From Euglena gracilis (Eukaryota), in contig CP154954.1 of assembly GCA_039621445.1 (NCBI GenBank), forward strand, positions 21,960,954-22,024,953: a DNA stretch of 64,000 nucleotides. The letters are read 5' to 3'. Shown here piece after piece: positions 59,319-64,000 of the stretch. A program made the position numbers and the translations under genes. The notes under the pieces were generated by a model. That model was not told the DNA's origin. It did no database searches and saw only the letters and a list, made by a program, of their open reading frames with translations. Positions within the stretch are counted from its first letter, which is position 1, and the number at the start of each line of letters is the position of its first letter.

Positions 59319-60358
59319 CCGACATGCACTACCAGACCGACACTTCCTTCCAATGCGCACAATGCCGGAGAATTTCCACACAACCTGATTTTGACTGTGG
59401 ATGTATTGTTGAACCTTCCAAACTAATCGCCTTACTCAACAACCAGAGTACACTTGGTACCGAAATCGGTACTGAGTTTACCCGGAACGCTGAACGAGAA
59501 CACAACACACCGGGTTGTTACCCGTTGTGTGTTGAAGTACATCGACAATTGGACAAACGCGGAATCGCGTCCCTGTTTGGAATCGCGAGAACCGCGCTGG
59601 AGGACTTACAAGGGCAGAAAGCCAATCTCTATGACCCCGAATGGCAGAATGCCAATCCCTCCAATACGCCTGCATACAAGTGGCAGAATGCCAATAACAA
59701 TCACACTTTCGACAATACACCTGATGCGTGTGATACACTTGGTACAATGCCTGGTGAAGTGTCTTCGGACACACCGCATTACCGATGTGGCTCGGTAAAC
59801 TGCGTTTCAGCCCTCCACAGGACTGAAACCGCGACAGTTTTCGCGAACCGCATTTGGAATGCGTTCAATTTTGGACAATACCGCATTTTGGAAATTTGGT
59901 TTTCCAAAATCGCGCGAATCGCGAAGTCGATGGACCTACAATTGGAGATTGATGCATTTTCGTCCAAGGCACATTCTCGCTTACCCAATTACTGGTCAAG
60001 CCATACAAATGCGTTTGATAAGTTTTGGGGTGATGTGGTCTTGTGGCTACATCCACCTCTGAAACTTATCCCTCTTGTTGTTGACAAGATCCTTCGGGAT
60101 CAAGCACGCGGTGTGCTGCTCATTCCTATAAATCCCGAAGCGGAATGGTTCCAACAATTGACGTATGTCACTTTTCAGTGGTGGGATTTACCGAATGACA
60201 CGCCATTGTTTGAAGATTTTTGCGGTGTCATGTTACCACCATTGAAAGAAATCATTTTTCGTGTTTGTTTCTTCGATGCATTCGGAACCGTTGACCACAA
60301 TGACAAATTCCTACGGGAAAAAGGTCAGAAAGACCAAACATACCACTATCCGCAGTGA
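59195..60358 (+). CDS. Cys-rich linker and Dam/DIRS-like DNA methyltransferase domain (~59870-60290)
   Basis: [54 protein letters not shown] matches the DIRS/Dam MTase motif series; motif IV is HPPL at 60050-60061. Confidence 0.8.
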   Translation: MSSSRPAAQLLRFPPGVSISDTPVHPPAATTSNTPKQSPHMTDMHYQTDTSFQCAQCRRISTQPDFDCGCIVEPSKLIALLNNQSTLGTEIGTEFTRNAEREHNTPGCYPLCVEVHRQLDKRGIASLFGIARTALEDLQGQKANLYDPEWQNANPSNTPAYKWQNANNNHTFDNTPDACDTLGTMPGEVSSDTPHYRCGSVNCVSALHRTETATVFANRIWNAFNFGQYRILEIWFSKIARIAKSMDLQLEIDAFSSKAHSRLPNYWSSHTNAFDKFWGDVVLWLHPPLKLIPLVVDKILRDQARGVLLIPINPEAEWFQQLTYVTFQWWDLPNDTPLFEDFCGVMLPPLKEIIFRVCFFDAFGTVDHNDKFLREKGQKDQTYHYPQ

Positions 60359-63300
60359 TAGAAAGCGGTGGTCAACATCCCAAATCACAGGAACTGTGTA
60401 CAAAGATCAATCGCGAATTCAGTGATGTTCTTGAACATCCTATCTATGCCCATGACATAGATCCTGCAATTCGCGGACCTTTTGGTGTCTGTAAAATCGA
60501 ACTCAAAGAAGGTGCACAGCCCATGCACCGAAAATTCTTTCGCTGTTCAGGCGAAAGAGAAGAAGCTCTCAATACAATGATAGAAAACATGATTGAACGA
60601 AAATGGATCATACCCTCCAAAAGCGAGTGGACCTCACAAGCTTTTGTTGTACCCAAGCCTCCCGATGCTTCTGGACAGAAGAAGTGGAGACTTGTACTGG
60701 ATTACCGATACTTAAACTCACAGACAAAGGACGATCCATTTCCGTTACCACTTATTGAAGACCTGATTACAAAACAAGCGGAAAACCGCCTCTGGTCCAT
60801 TTTCGACTTAGAGGATGGTTTTCACCAGATGCACTTACATCCTGACTCACAACCATACACCGCATTTGTAACCTCCCATGGAGTTTACCAATGGACGGTG
60901 TTACCAATGGGTGTTAAGAATGGCCCAGCCATGTTCCAAAGAATGATACAATGGATTTTACGAGATTTACCATTCGCAATGGTATACATTGATGATGTGC
61001 TGATAGGCACACCTCCTCCACTTACAAATTCGGGTAGTGATATCCTTGATATTCACTACCGCGATATACGATCCGTACTGACAACGTTTCAAAAACACTT
61101 GCTTTTCGTCAAAGGCGCGAAAATGCATTTGTTTCGCGAAACGATAAAATTTTGTGGACACATTCTTAATAACGGACAAAGGAGAGCATCTCCAAGCAAA
61201 CTCGAAGCTATAAAGAAGTGGACACCTGAAAACATCAAGACAATCACCCATTTAAAAGGATTTTTGGGTTTAGCGCAGTATTACGCGATTTACATGAAGG
61301 ATTTCGCGAAAATCGCGGTACCACTGACGCGACAACTCAAAAATCGCGCTCCTGACAATACAAAGATACAATGGGATGATACAATGCGAGAATCGCTAAC
61401 GACAATTAAACAACTGATGTTGGACAATGTTGTGCTTGACATTGCCGACCCGTACAAACCATACGTACTGGAGGTCGACAGCAGCGACTATGCTGTCGGC
61501 GGTGTGTTGAGTCAACATAATTCGTCCAATGAACTGCGCCCTGTAGCATTCTTCAGCAGAAAGCTACAAGGTGAAGACGGAAAAGGACAAGTCAAATGGA
61601 GCATACGAGAAAAGGAGACGTATGCCATTGTCCTTATCCTACAAAAATTCCGAAGTTGGGTCGCCAGTTCACTCGTACAAATACTAGTGTTGACAGACCA
61701 CGAGTCTCTCCAACACTGGTACACCGATACATTAAACAAAGCCATGTCCTCAGTTGGCCGAAGATGCCGCTGGCACGAATTTTTGAGTCAGTTCAACCTG
61801 GTGGTAGTTTACACACCAGGTCATACTCAAAAAGTCGCAGACCCACTCTCTCGTGCACCTTGGCATTACCCTGGTAACCCTGACGAGGGTGATGCCACGT
61901 TTCACGGAAGTCGCGAAGCCGACGAATACGCAAGGCGCGCAGACGCCGCAGACAACCTACTCGACAATTTTCCTGTCTCGCGGATTTGGCGGCGGTTGCC
62001 GATAGCCCCCGTACGGGGAAAACGACAACGCGGCAGAATGCCGGGCCCCCGCCGGGTCACGCGATCAGAATCCCCATCTCCTCTCTTTTTTCGAGAATGG
62101 GATTATTCCAAAGATGATTTTTACAATGATATCGTACAAAGATTGCGTAATGGTGAATTGATTGAGAATTACACCTTATCGCCTTTACGTTTGATTTTTC
62201 GGAATGATACCGGATACAAGTACTGCATACCCTGTGACTTGGTTGATGACGTACTTTTGTGTTATCACAACCAAGGTCACCCTGGGGCCCCCAAACTTCT
62301 TTCTTTGGTGGGTCGCAGGTACTGTACAACCCTCACCGAAAAAGAATTGTACAAGCGCTGTTTACAAATTTCACAACGGTGCCAAATTTGTCAAGCTGTG
62401 AAACCGCGCAGAGGTACCCCCCCTGGTACGATGGACTTCTTCCCCGTACCAAATGACATTTTTACATCCCTCTGCATGGATTTTCTGGAACTTGAACCTT
62501 GCAAAGGAACAGATGACAAAATTTACGATTACGTTCTTGTTGTCGTCTGTCGGCTGAGTGGGTACATTGTAGCCATTCCATGCCAGAAAGCAGGGTTGAC
62601 AGCACAAGTTTTGGCACAAATGTTTTTAGAAAGATGCATTTGCCTCATGGGTTTACCGAATGAAATCGTGAGTGATCAAGACCATTTGATTTCTTCTCGA
62701 TTTTTTACAACTCTTTGCGGTTTACTCGGAATTGAGCAGCATTTTTCTATCATTTACCGACCAAAAGGTAATGGTCGCGCTGAAGCGGCAGTGAAAGCTG
62801 TAGTCAATATGCTACGACTTTCACTGGCCGAATCGCACAATGCCTGGCTACAAGTATTACCCTGGTGTTTATTTTATATCAACACTTTACCGGGGTTAAT
62901 ACTACAATACTCACCGTACAAGATCGTCTTCGGACGAGACCCCCCAGCCATCGGCGACATCCCGTCAGAACGACCCGCTCGTTCTAGCGTGAGTTGCGAA
63001 ACATGGTTCTCTGAAGTAGAATCATTGCGCACGGATGTGCAAAAGCGCGTAGTCGCTATACATTTACAAAAACAAAAACAATTCTTACAAGAATACAAAT
63101 CACCGATATACAACCCAGGTGACCGCGTGTGGGTTCGGAACAGTAGAACCCGCATGCAATCCACGAAGTTGGACCCCCTCTGGATCGGGCCATGTGAGAT
63201 CCTCGACCGGTTGGGTACAAGTGGGCGCTACAAAGTCGCTTTACCCAACGGGGTTGAGGATGTGCACATGGATGACTTCAAACCATACTTGACTCCACCG

Positions 63301-63552
63301 AACGGTAAAGCAATACCCTGTCTCTACTTCAAACCACGGTCAAAACTGCCTGAAACAGATGATTTTGTCGTCGACAAAATCCTCGACCACAAAGTGGACA
63401 GGGGTATACACTACTGGAAAGTACGATGGAAAGGGTATGGTCCCGAAGAGGACACTTGGGAACCTGCAACTAGTTTTGTTGGTTACATCCAACAAGACTG
63501 GAAACTATGGAACAAAAGAAACAACATTGACATTTCTGTAAACATCTTCTAA
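60355..63552 (+). CDS. pol: Pol: RT, RNase H, integrase and chromodomain
   Basis: [75 protein letters not shown]; uninterrupted 1065 aa. Confidence 0.95.
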   Translation: MIESGGQHPKSQELCTKINREFSDVLEHPIYAHDIDPAIRGPFGVCKIELKEGAQPMHRKFFRCSGEREEALNTMIENMIERKWIIPSKSEWTSQAFVVPKPPDASGQKKWRLVLDYRYLNSQTKDDPFPLPLIEDLITKQAENRLWSIFDLEDGFHQMHLHPDSQPYTAFVTSHGVYQWTVLPMGVKNGPAMFQRMIQWILRDLPFAMVYIDDVLIGTPPPLTNSGSDILDIHYRDIRSVLTTFQKHLLFVKGAKMHLFRETIKFCGHILNNGQRRASPSKLEAIKKWTPENIKTITHLKGFLGLAQYYAIYMKDFAKIAVPLTRQLKNRAPDNTKIQWDDTMRESLTTIKQLMLDNVVLDIADPYKPYVLEVDSSDYAVGGVLSQHNSSNELRPVAFFSRKLQGEDGKGQVKWSIREKETYAIVLILQKFRSWVASSLVQILVLTDHESLQHWYTDTLNKAMSSVGRRCRWHEFLSQFNLVVVYTPGHTQKVADPLSRAPWHYPGNPDEGDATFHGSREADEYARRADAADNLLDNFPVSRIWRRLPIAPVRGKRQRGRMPGPRRVTRSESPSPLFFREWDYSKDDFYNDIVQRLRNGELIENYTLSPLRLIFRNDTGYKYCIPCDLVDDVLLCYHNQGHPGAPKLLSLVGRRYCTTLTEKELYKRCLQISQRCQICQAVKPRRGTPPGTMDFFPVPNDIFTSLCMDFLELEPCKGTDDKIYDYVLVVVCRLSGYIVAIPCQKAGLTAQVLAQMFLERCICLMGLPNEIVSDQDHLISSRFFTTLCGLLGIEQHFSIIYRPKGNGRAEAAVKAVVNMLRLSLAESHNAWLQVLPWCLFYINTLPGLILQYSPYKIVFGRDPPAIGDIPSERPARSSVSCETWFSEVESLRTDVQKRVVAIHLQKQKQFLQEYKSPIYNPGDRVWVRNSRTRMQSTKLDPLWIGPCEILDRLGTSGRYKVALPNGVEDVHMDDFKPYLTPPNGKAIPCLYFKPRSKLPETDDFVVDKILDHKVDRGIHYWKVRWKGYGPEEDTWEPATSFVGYIQQDWKLWNKRNNIDISVNIF

Positions 63553-63601
63553 GGGATAATGTACAAATGTCCAAGATTTTGTCCATAGCCTGGACTTTTG
63601 A

Positions 63602-63650
63602 CAAAATGTATAATGGGCGGATGCCAAAATGTATAATGGGCGGATGCCAA
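63602..63650 (+). repeat. 23-bp tandem duplication
   Basis: caaaatgtataatgggcggatgc x2. Confidence 0.9.
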
Positions 63651-64000
63651 ACCATTTTGTCCCTAGCGAAGGACTTTTCGCTAAAGGACTACGGTCCTAT
63701 ACAAAGTACTTTTACACTTGGAGCTACAATTTTGATTTTACAATTATTGCAAACATACAATTATTTCTGTGTTTCTGTACACTTGGTTGCATGCGTACAA
63801 TGTTACCGTACAATGCCTTATTTCTCTGTTTCCCCACAGCTCAGTACTTGCTACTATCTGCTCTTTTTCAAGATGGATGCTGGAGGAAGGGGACCTGGTC
63901 CCCCATCCTCCCAACCGTATGTTCCCCCTGGACAACCTCCTCCGGGAGGACCCCCTTACCCACAACCTCCTTCGGGAGGACGAGGACTTGTACTCCCTCG

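Larger units (their letters stand above)
56141..64000 (+). mobile_element. Ty3/Gypsy family A near-intact element: gag-(TAG)-PR / linker-MTase / RT-RH-IN-chromodomain; 3' LTR not in window
   Basis: 5' LTR TGTAC...GTACA 56141-56569, PBS 56572-56581, four long ORFs in Gypsy order. Confidence 0.9.

Noticed and set aside
63560-63800. 3' LTR starting at TGTAC after the pol stop
   Set aside because: Sequence does not match the 5' LTR beyond 5 nt.
63936-63979. Two C(UNCG)G tetraloop hairpins
   Set aside because: Explained equally well by Pro-Pro/Gly-Gly codons in the open frame from 63873.

Overview
Eukaryotic, transposon-saturated DNA with no recognisable host gene. It contains: (1) an internally deleted DIRS-type retrotransposon (~149-3398); (2) Ty3/Gypsy chromodomain family A, as a near-intact + strand copy (56141 to beyond the window end) and an older copy broken into flipped blocks across ~6660-24381; (3) a full-length, frameshifted Ty3/Gypsy family B element on the - strand (13519-20581); (4) a non-autonomous LTR family C with ~600-bp LTRs, present as a 4-LTR tandem array (24664-36100) and single copies (36287-41760, 47243-~52945, 55312-56138); (5) a decayed ~3.8-kb - strand ORF of unknown function (43067-46875). 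The main observation is that both divergent Gypsy families carry a Dam/DIRS-type amino-methyltransferase domain between protease and RT (NPPF in B; HPPL/HPPP in A) as well as a C-terminal chromodomain. Family A also shows candidate recoding signals: gag UAG plus hairpin readthrough, and a -1 frame offset conserved between copies. All calls come from reading motifs by eye; no database searches were run.
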